DNA of 64,000 nucleotides from Octopus vulgaris (taxonomy: Eukaryota), in NCBI GenBank assembly GCA_951406725.2, contig OX597823.1, positions 8,308,001 through 8,372,000 of the forward strand, written 5' to 3'. Positions 1 through 14,225 of the stretch are shown here, piece after piece; positions within the stretch are counted from its first letter, which is position 1, and each line of letters opens with the position of its first letter. Below the pieces are notes generated by a model. The model had not been told where the DNA came from and searched no databases. It saw only the letters and a list, made by a program, of their open reading frames with translations. A program made the position numbers and the translations under genes.

Positions 1-1260
1 TTTATTTTTGTCACATTGCTTTCTGCGCATACGCGCTTATAGTGGCTACTATTGAGGTCATGTGATCGAAGTCTGAGTCTGATCGTGCCACTTGTCTTCT
101 TGGCTTTACAGTGTAAGCATGGCCGCTCCACTAGCAATGTGAACGAAAGAAAAACAAAAAAGCAGTGATCCGATTTCTCTGGTTAGAAGGTGCGTCAGGT
201 GGTGAAATTCATATCAAATTCGTATTGTGCTTTTAGCACAATACAGGAACATTGTACTACAGCATGGAAGTGTGTATGAGTGGATGGAGAAAAGTTTAAA
301 AGTGGCCGGACAAGCGTGACGCACAAAGAGAGAGCAGGACAACCACCAACCTCCACCACTAACGGGAAGATTCAGCAAGCTCGAGACACGGCAATGTTGA
401 GCTGGTGAGTTATCATCGATGAGGTAGCTCGTTCTCTGCCTATAAATCATCCACGATGTTCTCGGCTTACATAACGTCTGTGCTAGATGGGTGCCAGAGA
501 GCTTACTGCAGAGCACGAGCGCAAACGTCTTGAGGTCTGTCAACGTTTACTCGATCGCGATAGCAATGAGGGCGAGGAATTTTTGAGCAGAATAGTCTCA
601 GGAGATGAAACATGGATCCATCGTAATGAGGCAGAATCCAAAAGACAGAGTATGGAATGGTAACATCCTGGCTCGCCAGCGACGAAGAAATTCAAGACTC
701 AGTCTTTCGCGGGAAACATGATACTAACCCTTTTTTGGGGATTCAAAAGGGCCTATACTGGGAGACTACCTGGAAAAGGGTATACTTTCAACAGTGTTAG
801 ATATAGTGCTTTGCTGGCCAACAAACTGAAACCAGAAATTCGCAACAAACACCGAAGTCTATTGTCGAAGAAAGTTTTGTTGTTGCATGACAATGCACGA
901 CCACACACGGCCTCCCAGACCGTTTGAACAATTAACCAATTGGATTTTGAGGTGCTGAAACACCCTATCTTCACACCAGATCTCACTCCTTCCGACTATC
1001 ATATCTTTGGACTGCTCAAGGATGGTTTACTAGGTCGTCTATTTCCTACGGATGAAGATGTGGAAGAAGCTGTGCATGAATGGTTGCATGACCAACCGAA
1101 AACCTTCTTCTTGGAGGGAATACACAAACTTGTTGACCGCTGAACCAAGTGCATTGAGAATGAAGGATACACTATATAGAAAAATGACGTACTTGTTAAT
1201 CTCCTACTTTTGTGTAAATACATTGAAAAAACAGGAGTGCCTATAATTTTTGACTCCCTC

Positions 1261-1261
<1 letters not shown>
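1..1261 (+). mobile_element. Decayed mariner (DD34D) DNA transposon; 5' TIR lies outside the window
   Basis: Frameshifted transposase ~119-1180 with motifs WVPRELT, IVSGDETWIH, LLHDNARPH, HPIFTPDLTPSDYHIF, GIHKLVDR. Right TIR ...ATAATTTTTGACTCCCTCG ends at 1261, followed by TA. Confidence 0.92.

Positions 1262-1333
<72 letters not shown>
1262..1333. repeat. (TA)n microsatellite
   Basis: Direct inspection; abuts the mariner TIR. Confidence 0.98.
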
Positions 1334-1339
<6 letters not shown>

Positions 1340-1539
1340 TTACGTGTGGTAAATACAAATAAGTATACTTCACAAGACGTTCTTGCTTGTGATGTACAAG
1401 TTTTCATTTGTAGCAAGTCTCTGCTATACAAAATACATTTTAATATTTTAAATATTAACTGCTATGGCAACCTATTTTAATGACAGTTCTTTGACTGTTG
1501 GTTGGATGAAAACAAAACAAAAGAAAACAAAAGATTCCA

Positions 1540-1760
1540 CTATCTTCGTAATCGCCGTCAAGTCTGCTTCGTGATGTCGGTTAAAGTATTGTAATCCATA
1601 ACAGTGGAAGCGAAGTCAATTGAAATAGCCAAGTGCAATGAATAAGTCGTGAAAATGAGAAATCGACACCATATTATGGTTGTTTCTACAGAGATAATTT
1701 CATGCTGAGATAAATTCATCTTGTCTTGGAGTGCAGCCAGTTCAGTTGTCAATTCCATCC
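1540..1760 (-). pseudogene. Possible hAT transposase C-terminal (dimerisation domain) remnant
   Basis: ELAALQD...W...Y...A...FAST...NTLTDITKQT*RRL loosely resembles the hAT FASTYLCE..FS.L..IKTK.R.RL pattern; by eye only. Confidence 0.25.
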
Positions 1761-2241
1761 AAATTTATTAACAGAAAAATGTTATGAATTCAAGGAGTAC
1801 AACGTTACCGGAAATACTACTTTTGACCGAATAAAAGCGTCTGGCTTGTAAATATTAGAATTTGATAGATGTTTGTACAATGATGAGAGTTCAATAATGT
1901 TGCCATATTTTTCCTTACTGTATTATGAGAAATATAACAGTTCCACCGTCTGCAGTTCTATTTTATACAAAATTTTATCTGTTTATGACGTATAACATTG
2001 ATGAAATAAGTATTTCTGCGACTCCTCCAGTCACATAACATGAGTAATAAGTAGAGGACTGTAATGGTTTTAACAAGATTCTTCGTTCTGAATTACAGCA
2101 CAATCCGAAAACAGTAATTTTAGTACAGCCGTAATTCTATAAGTAGTGATCGAAAGAAAACACTTCAGTTATTCAGTTATTTCTATTGTTGTTGCTGTCA
2201 TTATAAACTTGAATATACGCATACTCTTATTTTCGTTCGTC

Positions 2242-2894
2242 TGTGAGCAGATTTGGTAGACGGAAACTGAAAGGCGGCGAGCTGGCAGAAACGTTAGCAC
2301 ACCGGGCGAAATGCGTAGCCGTATTTCGTCTGCCGAAATTCTGAGTTCAAATTCCGCCGAGGTCGACTTTGCCTTTCATCCTTTCGAGGTCGATAAATTA
2401 AGTACCAGTTACGCACTGGGGTCGATGTAATCGACTTAATCCGTTTGTCTGTCCTTGTTTGTCCTCTCTGTGTTTAGCCCCTTGTGGGTAGTAAAGAAAT
2501 AGGTATTTCATCTGCCGTTACGTTCTGAGTTCAAATTCCGCCGAGGTCGACTTTGCCTTTCATCCTTTCGAGGTCGATAAATTAAGTACCAGTTACGCAC
2601 TGGAGTCGATGTAATCGACTTAATCCGTTTGTCTGTCCTTGTTTGTCCTCTCTGTGTTTAGCCCCTTGTTGGTAGTAAAGAAATAGGTATTTCGTCTGCC
2701 GTTACGTTCTGAGTTCAAATTCTGCCGAGGTCGACTTTACATTTCATCCTTTCGGAGTCGATAAATTAAGTACCAGTTTCGCACTGGGGTCGATGTAATC
2801 GACTTAATCCCTTTGTCTGTCTGTCTTTGTTTGTCCCCTCTATGTTTAACCCCTTGTGGGCAATAAAGAAATAGGAAACTGAAAGAAGCCCGTC

Positions 2895-2925
<31 letters not shown>

Positions 2926-3200
2926 CGTTGTGTGTGTATGTATGTGTGTGTGTGCGTGTGTGTGCGTGTGTGTATCTTTGTGTCTGTGTTTGGCTCCCAT
3001 TACTGCTCGACAACCGACCGGCATGGGTGTGGTTACGCCTCCGTGAACTAGCGCTTCGGCAAAAGAAATCGATAGAATAAGTACCAAGCTCAAAAACAAG
3101 TACTGGGGTTAATTCATTCGACAAAAAAGTTCTTCAAGGTGGTGCTCCAGCATGGCCGCAATCTAATTACTGAAACAAATAAAAGAATAAAAGATAAAAG
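2242..3200 (+). mobile_element. 5'-truncated SINE family A copy, interrupted by a SINE family D trimer
   Basis: GATTTGGTAGACGGAAACTGAAAG continues at 2874 as GGAAACTGAAAGAAGCCCGTC, then the tail GGTGCTCCAGCATGGCCGCA...AAAAGAATAAAAGA. Matches the copies at 11466 and 19838. Confidence 0.85.
2271..2873 (+). mobile_element. SINE family D with one head and three tandem ~184-bp body units
   Basis: Head AAGGCGGCGAGCTGGCAGAA; units restart at GTATTTC(G/A)TCTGCCG (~2321, 2503, 2687); flanking duplication GGAAACTGAAAG at 2262-2273 and 2874-2885. Confidence 0.9.
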
Positions 3201-3349
3201 ATTATATATGTAGACCTAACTGTTTGTCATGACAAGAAAGTTGACGAATGAAAATCATTTTATTAAACGCGAAACTGGATGCACATAAATTCCAGTTACT
3301 ATAAGAAAAATATCCTCCGAGAAAGTCGAAGCTCAAGCATTTTGTAAGC

Positions 3350-3544
3350 AATAATAGAAATATTAAAATTACTAAGTCTCTCTAAAGGAGATTACGGCAG
3401 CGTTACTGGATATTAATAGTTATCGCCATACTAATATGGCAGTCTATAAATATAAGACTAAAGCTGTCGCTGATTAGCTCCAAGAGGCCACCGCCTCTAG
3501 CTAGCTATATGACACACGAACCTGCGTCCATTACAACCTTCGAA
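3350..3544 (-). mobile_element. Fragment of the HHR-bearing retrozyme/PLE-like repeat (same family as 14463-14926)
   Basis: Near-identical to 14764-14828 joined to 14463-14597; 12-bp TSD CATTTTGTAAGC at 3338-3349 and 3545-3556. Confidence 0.85.
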
Positions 3545-3764
3545 CATTTTGTAAGCCTTTGCAACAAAATTCTAGAATGTTTGAAAGTAATTTTAGGCAC
3601 AGAAATTAAATTTTTCCCTTAGAATACTATGCCTACCACAGACTGTTGCCATAGGTTGCCATAGGTACTTGTGGGTAGTAAAGAAATAGGTACTTGGGTG
3701 GAAAATACTATTAAGAATAGTATTGTTTAGCAGCAGCAATCATCTACAGTTAGCATTGTTGAGG

Positions 3765-3935
3765 GGAGTGGGCTACTCGACCAGAAGAAAATTCTAATTT
3801 GGTCCCACCAGCAAGGTCATGTACTGTCTATCGTGATATGAGGTCACTATGTCGCGCAGACATTGTCGTGATGAATGTGCTTGGTGAATTCGTATCAGAC
3901 GGGTAGTCATGACGGGTATACCTTAGCGTCACTTT
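3765..3935 (-). repeat. Fragment of the interspersed repeat seen at 48084-48633
   Basis: GGGCTACTCGACC.GAAGAAAATTCTAA and GTCGCGCA..CAT match the reverse complement of 48120-48300. Confidence 0.7.
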
Positions 3936-3965
3936 GATTGTGTATGCTGCTCCTTCAATCAATCA

Positions 3966-4019
3966 ATAATAAAAATAATGATGATGATGATGATGGTGAT
4001 GATGACGATAATGATGATA

Positions 4020-4051
<32 letters not shown>

Positions 4052-4098
4052 GATGATGATGATGGTGGTGATGATGATGATGATGATAATAATAATAA
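3966..4098. repeat. (GAT)/(AAT) trinucleotide microsatellite
   Basis: Direct inspection. Confidence 0.97.
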
Positions 4099-4281
4099 CT
4101 ATTTATTTTATAAAATCTCTGTACTCTATAATATAATGATTTTATGAGAGATCTCATATTTGAATGTATTTCTTTATAATTGTTGTTCTAGGAATTAATA
4201 GTCCTTTCTTCACTAATGACTTTGGAAAACCAGAGAACCCTGTTGTACAATCATGTATGAATAGTGCATAATATTGTGGTA

Positions 4282-5185
4282 TACGAGGGGGTATGTAAAA
4301 GTTCCCGGACTAGTTCTGTAGCGCGCCAACATATGGAAGCACACGGTTGTGTGTGTAGAGAGTGACCTTTAAGAAGCAATGTGCCGAGGGAGATCGCTGT
4401 GTTTACTCCGTAAGTTGTGAAATTTGTGTTTTTGTGATCATGTGTATGTTACAGTTTGCGATTTTGTCATGGACAAGAAGTTGGACCAAAGAGCCAACGT
4501 GAAATTTTGCGTTAAACCTGGGAAGCCTGCTACAGAGACATTGAGCACGCTTTGGAAAGCTTACGGCGACGAGGCAATGGGTCGGACACAATGTTTCGAT
4601 TGACGCGGACGGTTCAAAAGCGGAAGAATGACACTGGAAGACAATGAGCGATCTAGAAGACCTGCCATCAGCGTCACCTCCCCGAAATGTGGTATTGTGC
4701 ATTGAGAATTCGTCCCTCAGGAACAGACCGTCAGTCAAGAGTTCTACTGCGACGTTTTGAAGCGGTTGAGGGAGGACATTCAGCGAAAGCGACCGGATCT
4801 GTGGAACGCGAAAAATTGGATTCTTCACGATGACAATGCGTCTTGTCATCGAGTTCTCTTCACTTGTGACATTCTCGCCAAAAAGAACATGATATCACTT
4901 CGCCAGATTTAGCATTTGCAGACTTCCAGCTCTTCCCCAAGAGGAAAATGCAGCTCAAAGGTGGTGGCCGTTTTAACTCTGTTGTAGACAACCAGAGTGA
5001 ACCGTAGAAGGTCTTCGACTCGCTTACAGAAAACGATTACGATACCGGATTCCAAAAGTGGCTGGAAATCTGGGACGGTGCATTGCTGCACAAGGTGACT
5101 ATTTTGAGATGATGATAAAACTTAGGTAAATAAGTTATTTTTTATTTGATATAACTAGTTCGAGAACCTTTTGATACCATCGCCT
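4282..5185 (+). mobile_element. Internally deleted mariner transposon with both TIRs
   Basis: TACGAGGGGGTATGTAAAAGTTCCCGGACTAGT versus ACTAGTTCGAGAACCTTTTGATACC; ATG at 4469: MDKKLDQRANVKFCVK...GRFKSGR, then KRPDLW..WILHDDNA..SPDLAFADF.LFPK. The first catalytic Asp region is missing. Confidence 0.9.
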
Positions 5186-7602
5186 ATGCAATATATGATA
5201 GAATTATCTTGTTTACAGCTTAACACCTAAGCAGTTTTGGCTGCTAAAACTGCATTATGGGAGACATGCAAGTGTAGTTTATTTGCTCCCAACAGGTGAT
5301 TAATTCTCAGAACTTTATAATTTAGGATCAGCGCTAAATGAAAGAATCTTAATTCTCGTGACTATCTCATTCTTGAAATAGATATAAAGCCATTGTTTAT
5401 CACTCAAAGTGTCATTTTGTAAAGTCGTTTAAATATGATTCGAGGAAGGAGAGTTGGCCGTTACTTTTAGCGGACCAAATAACTGCGTAGAGTTACTGTC
5501 ACTGTGCAAATATCATCGGTGTATTATACAGCGCGAAACCTTGGAAAGTGTCTTCTACAAAAGTCACTAGGTAACTAAAGACTTATAAGTGAAAATAGGT
5601 TAACGGAAACTGGTGTAGAATTAGGTCAGATGGGTGATAGACATAATCCGTCACCTGGTCCCTTTGTATGTGTATGTGTGTGTGTGTGTGTGTCCGTGTG
5701 TGTTCGTGTTTAGCAGAGATGACTCAGTTGCAAGCACTCGATTTGGGTTTTGAGGACAACATTACACCTTTCCTTTTATTAGTCTCCAGGATTCCGAAAA
5801 GAGACAAGTATGTAGCCCTTCTTCTCCAAGTCATTACAAAGACAAAGTAAAGAAATTCCTGTCTAATTTAGAACAAACTAACTCCCCTAACGATACTCTT
5901 CAATTGTGTAGCAGATGATATAATATTTTAGTGTGGAATCCAGATACACAACGGCTATTAGAATTTGGGGACCAATTCTCTCTTTGATATATTGCTAACC
6001 TTGGAAATAATTTTTATTGTTCTTATGTGATTCACAGTTCTATAACCGAGACTAGCCAAAGTTTTCAGATGTCGGCTGTTGGCGATTGAAACTATATCTA
6101 TAAAAGAAAAATTCAACCGCATCTCTCTTTAATGGAGTTGTCTCATCTATATGTTCCGTCACAGAAATGTCAATGCTGGCTATTAGAGTGAAAGTGACGG
6201 CGATGTCAGTTGTGGTTATTATAGTGATAGAAGACTAATGGATAAACATTTAATGACAAGGGCTAGAGATGCACTTTCAACGCAGGTTTTTCATTTGGGA
6301 CTATAGTTCTTTGATCTCTACACCATCCGTTTCACTGATGAGTTGTAAGTGCCGTGCAGATATTTAACTCAGTTAATGAAAAGTCGGATCATAAATGACT
6401 TTCATGTTTTCTACATCATTAATGCCAATTCTTGGGAAATATCAGGTTGACAGCAATTGACATCATAAAAGAGAAATGAACCAGTTCACAGTATTGTTTT
6501 TAAAACGCTTTAACTCTGTGATAACTAACCTCCAGAGACATATTGTACTTCATCGTTTGCTTTTTCTATTTTATAAATCAATAATGTTCAAATAGAATGT
6601 TAAAAATTATTCACCGAATCTTAGCTAACTTTCCTTTGTCTCTTTGCTTTTATCACCCAAATAATTTTCCAAAGCCAATCATTTAATTTTCCTAAATGTT
6701 CTGCATCCCTTTGCATAACAATTCACACTGAAGTTTTCATTTACTGTCTCTCTGTCTGTCTGCCGCTTTCTCTCTCTCTCTCTTTCTCCCTTTTTCTCTA
6801 TCTCTCTCGCTCTTTGCTTGTTTTACTTCCCTGTCTGAAATTTTCTGGTTTGAACCATTTTCTTTTTTCTACATAGCTTTTGACTTTTCTCTTATTGTTC
6901 TTTAAAGTGACGCTTCAAAAAGACATTAATATACCCGTTGAACGACTAAAAGCTATATTTTCCATGTTTAGAATCAGGAATATTTTCTTCCTGTGTCACA
7001 ATCTTGCTTATGCACTTTTTCTAAATGCTAGGAAAGTTTCGTATTTTATTTTATAACTGAATTATACATTTCATACCAAGGCCTTACTATTTAGGCTTAA
7101 AATGTACTCTTTACATTTAGGTTTAAAATGTACTTTCCTAACAGGAGGCTATGTTGAAAACGAAGCAGATAGTTCTCGAAATAACAGTACTGATATTTAT
7201 TCTGCATACACAAATCAGTTATGTCATCTCTATCATTAGTCAACGCTACTGAATGCAGAATATTTTGTCAGTCAGCAACTATAATATTTTGCTGTGAGAA
7301 GTGCATACTCAGAATACAAATTTAGGTATAAAATGCATTTTCAGATATAGAATTTTTACTAAGATATAGAAATACTTATTTTGTGCTGGTATATCTAAGT
7401 TCCTTTAAGCAATCGCATATGGCTAACAGTAGCACAACTGATAAACAGTTCTGTGATCAAGAGTAGACACCCGAAAATATCAATTGAAGAACAGTCAGAA
7501 ATAACTACCAAAACAAATAAACAATAGATGAATAAATGAAAATAAGATAAAACAAAATATAAGCAATAAATATGCAATATTACTGAGACAGTATTAAGTA
7601 GC

Positions 7603-7863
7603 TTAACGTAATCTTTGTCTTTGTTCAATCGCTTCATAAGTCTTTAATCTAATCACACGTTGTTTTCGACTGTAGTTTACTTCAACATTGGCGATTGGAT
7701 TGTCTTCAATAAAGGTACTTATGTAAATGTTATCTCCATCGCTGCAAGGTGGTGGAACATGACATAAGTACACTAAAACCGCTTTAATGTGGTTATTTTC
7801 ATACATCACAGTTCTTAGTTCAAATTTTGAGGTATTCGAACCTGACTTCACCCCGAACAGAAT
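7603..7863 (-). CDS. Candidate terminal coding exon of an unknown gene
   Basis: Acceptor TGTTTCATAG, then 87 open codons of non-repetitive sequence (ILFGVKSGSNTSKFELRTVMYENNHIKAVLVYLCHVPPPC...QRQRLR*). No recognised homology. Confidence 0.3.
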   Translation of the reverse strand: MLFGVKSGSNTSKFELRTVMYENNHIKAVLVYLCHVPPPCSDGDNIYISTFIEDNPIANVEVNYSRKQRVIRLKTYEAIEQRQRLR

Positions 7864-8722
7864 CTATGAAACATTACCAATTCTCTCTCTTTCTCTCTCC
7901 CTCTCCTCAAAATATCTTTACATATTCTCTCCTGTAGCAACACCATTTTCTTTCCATATATCCTATGTCCCACTTTTGTTCCTAGTCAAAAAATATCAAT
8001 TACATTTCTTTCTTTTTCATGAATAACTGAACTGCTCCGAAATTATGTGATAACCTGGGCCACTCAGTTAAAAGCATTTATAATTTTCCCTTATCTGAAT
8101 GAAATCCGCACCACATTATGATTCTTGAGTTCAAAACAATTAATAATCAACTGTATTTTAGATTTAATTTCATTTTTTGAATATATATATAAATTAGAAT
8201 TAAATGCAAGATCTGTTTAGATGTTTTAAGTATTGTTTATATGTTTATGCAAGATGAACCTGTACGCTCTGCCATAATCAACCAAACACTTTCTGAGTTG
8301 ACTCCTCGATTTATTTATCCCTATATCATGAATATACTTAAAATATATCTATCACTTGTGATTTTAAATGCACATTGATTGAAAAACAAAGACGTGATGG
8401 ACATGACTGGAAAGCATTTGATCAACTACAGCCGATCGATCTGGAGTTAAACAATAAGAACACTTTTATGCGCATATTCGCTGAGCCTGAAATGACTTCG
8501 GAATGCTACAAGTGTATAAGATCTTGTGCTTTATGTTTTATCACATCAGTCTTATGAAACGGTGATAAATACACCTAAAAAGTTAATACAAACGATCACT
8601 TTTTTCTACAATGTAAGAATAGAAGAAACTGTTCATATTAAAAGATACTTTCTTTTCATACACAAAAGAACATCATGTCTTTTGTTAATATCGTTGAATT
8701 TGGAAATGAATTGTGGGGTAAC

Positions 8723-8779
<57 letters not shown>

Positions 8780-8782
<3 letters not shown>

Positions 8783-9476
8783 GAACTAATTACATCAAAT
8801 ACAGAATAGACAACACATCGTAGTGATAAGTGCAGAATTTGTGGACAAAATGGTGAAACCGTATGGCATATTAACAGTCAATGTACGCCACTAGCACAGA
8901 AAGAATATGCGACGTCATGACAATATAGCACGGATTGTGAATTGGACACTTTGCTACAAGTATGGACTTGACAGAGCAAAAAAGTGGTACGAACATTAAC
9001 ATGAAGGCATCATCGAAAACGATAATGCAAAGATCCTATGAGATTTTATGATTCAGTGCGACCATGGGATAGAGAATAGGAAACCAGACACAGTGTTAAT
9101 TGAGAAAGAAAGCAAACGATGCTGGGTCATAGATATATCAAGCCAAGCTGACGACAAGTTATGCGATAAGGAAAAAAGGAAAGGCGATAGATATAACAGG
9201 TTAGCGTGGGAGGTTAAGCAGTTGTGGTCACTGAAAAAGGTGGTAGTAGCTAGCAATAATTGTGTGAGCCTTGGAAACAGTGAGTAAAAATCTTGAGAAG
9301 TATATAGAACAAATGAGGTCTGCAATAAGGGTGAAGCGCTTGCAGAAAACAGCACTGCTTGCAACCGCTCGAATACTCCGGATGGTGTTCGAAAAATAAG
9401 GGGTGTTACCTTATTTCACTTGTAGTGAACACCTGACATCGTAGTACATCTCCAATTTTAGAAGCTGTGCAAGGAC
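8780..9476 (+). mobile_element. R4/Dong-like non-LTR retrotransposon 3' fragment (CCHC knuckle + RLE endonuclease)
   Basis: CRICGQNGETVWHINSQC, HDNIARIV, KWYEH, RKPDTVLIEKESKRCWVIDIS..DD....EK.K..RY..LAWEVKQLW; flanked by (AAT)n. Confidence 0.88.
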
Positions 9477-9552
<76 letters not shown>

Positions 9553-9553
<1 letters not shown>

Positions 9554-9983
9554 GAGAAATTAAGGCCAACAGACCAGATATAGTTGTCAAAGATCATGAA
9601 GAAAAAAAATGCTTTCTAATTGATGTATCAATACCGGCAGATGACAACGTGTCTCTAAAAGAAATGGAGAAACTCTCAAAATACAAAGACCTGGAGATAG
9701 AGGTAACTAGAATGTGGAACCTGAAAACAGAAACAATTCCTATCATAGTAGGTGCATTAGGCATGATAAAAGAATATTCAGACAAATACATAACAAAAAC
9801 ACCAGGACTTACAAACACATAACATACAGAAAATTGCACTACTAGGCACTGCACACATCCTACGCAGAACACTTTCCATACAATAACCATCAGAGCATCA
9901 CAACAAATCACAGCACATACCCAAGGCACACAGAGCTGCGCTCGGTAGTGAAGTAAAAGCACGCTATAAAAATAAAACTACTG

Positions 9984-9984
<1 letters not shown>
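9553..9984 (+). mobile_element. R4/Dong-like 3' fragment, second subfamily
   Basis: REIKANRPDIVVKDHEEKKCFLIDVSIPADDNVSLKEMEKLSKYKDLEIEVTRMWNLKTETIPIIVGALG; 3' UTR ends in (AAT)n. Confidence 0.92.
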
Positions 9985-10695
<711 letters not shown>

Positions 10696-11465
10696 ACACG
10701 CATAGCATAATATTTAATATTTCTCAAAGACTAGTTGTTGATAGAAAAAGAACGTAATTCGCTAAATCAAATACTAATATGGGACATATGGGACGGAAAA
10801 GCTGATGGATATTTTCTGGAATACAAACTATCGAGTTTATGCAGAGAGCGATAAGAAAATATTTTTAAGAGGTATGATTTATACATAAACTTACACGAGA
10901 TAAAATTTTTATGCTAGTGCTATAATTTTACAGATCTATAAAATAAGACATTGCGTTAATATCATTGCTGCTTATAGGCAAGATCGGCAGAGCGTTAGAC
11001 AGAAAAAATCATGCGATATTTAGTTGTTTTCTTTCAGATTTCTAATCTTAAATATGTCGAGGCTGACTTTGGCTGTCATCTTTGCAGCTTTGATAAAATG
11101 AACTAGTAAAGTTGAGGCCATGCTCCTAGGTTAGAAATCCTTATTTGTATTGTGGAAAATGACAAAAAGCGTTCACGGAGAAAAGGTACAGCACTTATAG
11201 TGTCCTATTCGATTTGCACTGACTGAACAAACTAATCCAGGTTAGTTTGTTGAAGTAGGGACTAAATTATGTGCCATGTCTTCCATATTGAACTTGAGGG
11301 AAATTTGGTTATTATTTCTCGCAAGTAAATTGATTGAACAGAGGGACTTGTTCAATGGTAGAGTGCTTCCTTCTGCGAAGAAGGTTGATAGGAAAAACAG
11401 CCAGCCGAAGAATAATATAAAACGTTTCGCTTTAATTATGCTGCTTTTTATATCAATATAATATA

Positions 11466-11892
11466 GGCGCAGGAGTGGCTGTGTGGTAAGTAGCTTGCTT
11501 ACCAACCACATGGTTCCGGGTTCAGTCCCACTGCATGGCACCTTGGACAAGTGTCTTCTGCTATAGCTTCGGGCCGACCAAAGCCTTGTGAGTGGATTTG
11601 GTAGATGGAAACTGAAAGAGGCCCATCGTATATATGTATATATATGTATATATTCATGTGTGTGTATATGTTTGTGTGCCTGTGTTTGTCCCCCCCACCA
11701 TTGCTTGACAACCGATGCTGGTGTGTTTACGTCACCGTCACTTAGCGGTTCGGCAAAAGAGACCGATAGAATAAGTACTGGGCTTACAAAGAATAAGTCC
11801 CGGGGTCGATTTGCTCGACTAAAGGTGGTGCTCCAGCATGGCCGCAGTCAAATGACTGAAACAAGTAAAAGAGTAAAAGAGAGTAAAAAGAG
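11466..11892 (+). mobile_element. Full-length tRNA-derived SINE family A
   Basis: A-box TGGCTGTGTGG, B-box-like GGTTCAGTCCC, CORE-like CACCTTGGACAAGTG, internal (TA)/(TG) tract, tail CCAGCATGGCCGCAGTC...(GTAAAAGA)n. Confidence 0.9.
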
Positions 11893-13587
11893 TATAATAC
11901 AAAATGCTTTTTTAAACTCAAAACAAGAAGGAAGTGTTCTGATTTATTACGAGACTAAACCATTTATATACAACTCTTACAAATCAGTTTGGAAATATTT
12001 GGTAATTTTGCTGTATTAAAACAAGAACATCACAAAACTTAATAGTTTTCTCACCCAAGAAAAATCAATTACATAAATATAGACGAAAATCCCTACCACT
12101 ACCTAAATAATTTCGCAATCAGAATTTGAGACGAATATAGTTGTAACATATAATTGACAAATGTTCAAATAAGAAGTTTGATGTTAGAATAACACTAGGA
12201 TGGAGACAGAAACTTGGCAATGAATAAGGTATTGAATATTCAGGTGTCAACATAACAAAGTGAAGAAAAGAATGAATTATATTTGTACAGTAGGGTCTCA
12301 TAGATACAATATCATGAGTTGAAAAAACTTTGATTAACCGAAAATCTCCATGTAATTAGGAGAAAACGACCTTCTCTAGGTGTTTTCAAAATGAAAAAAA
12401 GTCACTAATATAAACCCACTGGAATGTTTGGAAAACAAAGACAATGCATGTAGGAGTGGATCACGTGTTTGTATATCTAAATCTTCCCTTCTGCACCTGT
12501 AGAGGAAGTTGTATTCACAGCAGATCAGAAATAGACTGATGTATTTAACTGATTATTAAATCTGAAGCATTGTCGCTAGTAACTGGAAAACTATTACGAT
12601 GTTATTGCCACTGGATATCATAAATATTTCTGAAATTATTTTACATAAATTATTTTGAAAGCGATAGAACGAGTTAGCATGACAGCAAACACTCTCGAAC
12701 AGCATCCATCAAAATTCTAATTTGATTATCTATCGCGGTTGTCAAGTCGAAGATGGCCATCCATCCCAAGAATAGACTTGTGGAATACCAGAATATTAAA
12801 TATAAATTCTTCTAATATGAAGAAAAGGTGCATTGCTAACAGCATTTTAAAACATTGATAAACTATACGCATCAGACTTAGATTATCTAAAATCCATGAA
12901 TAACTGTTTGTATGTATACAAGATGAGCTTGAATGCTAAAATAGATAGAATCTCGGATAAACAACTGTACTTAGTTCATTTTAATCACAAATGGCTGAAG
13001 ATACCATCTAATGATGGATGCCACCAGGAGAGTCCACTCAGGATGGAAGCATTCGAGTCAAGTTTGTGGTCTGAGAGCAGTTTGCTAATTTCTTTTCATC
13101 AGTTTTTGAAGCCATGAAAAAGGTGCCGAGTGTTGCACTTACGCTATTGACTATACTAATAAAATATTCAGCAGACAAACCATGAAACTTGTAATTAGTC
13201 TTGTATTCACGTGACTACTGAAGCACAAAAGAATTGACTACATTGATTTTTCAACCTTACAATATAGACTCTTAATCATCTCTGTATAAAAAGCATTTCA
13301 CTTCTGACTGTCAGCTTCACGCCATGGTTACTTTATGACTCCACCTTTTTGTCTTCTTACTCCTGTTTGTTACGATTTACAAAGATTTCGCATCTTAAAT
13401 TATAGCCAGAGTGGTAAATACAAGTAATCGTATTTTGTATCTTTTCAGTTATCAGTGTCTCCAAAGATACAATATTCAAGAAAAAAAAAAAAACTTTCGC
13501 TGCGTATCGCACACACACCCTTGATCCATTGCCATTTTAACAGCAGAAGTAAATTCTATACGTACTTCCTCATAGATAAAGCACATA

Positions 13588-13664
<77 letters not shown>

Positions 13665-14225
13665 TACACACAATACACACACGCTGAACCAAGATCAAAG
13701 ACATAGTAACATGCATATTTCTTTACTCGTGTAATTATGCGTCATTTTATTGGTCTATTTTTATCGAATTTCTGTATTGATATTATAGATTTTCATATAT
13801 ATTCTAAAGAAATTGTGCATTTGAAAAGGTTAGCTTACTATTAAGTTATTGTTATCAATGACTTTTACAGTCCCAAAACTGCTGTGTATAAAAGTAAGCT
13901 TCAAAAATCTTACAACATATTCGCTTGAGAATGTCAAACTTCTGATACCAACCGTCATAGTCATAGCTTCGAATAACTGTTAGTCCAGTCTACTTTATCT
14001 TTTTGAATACTTTTCTTCGCGTAATTGCATCACACCAGCGTGATACAACCACTCCAATATGTGTGAGGGCACGTAAGTGTACATATATATATAAATTGTA
14101 ATAATATTAGTGAGTATAACTCCGAACTTACAGGGAAAAATTCAATTTAGTATTAAATCAAATTTCACAATATAAATATATAATATATTGTTTAACTCTA
14201 TTTGCTTATTTATTTAACTATCATT

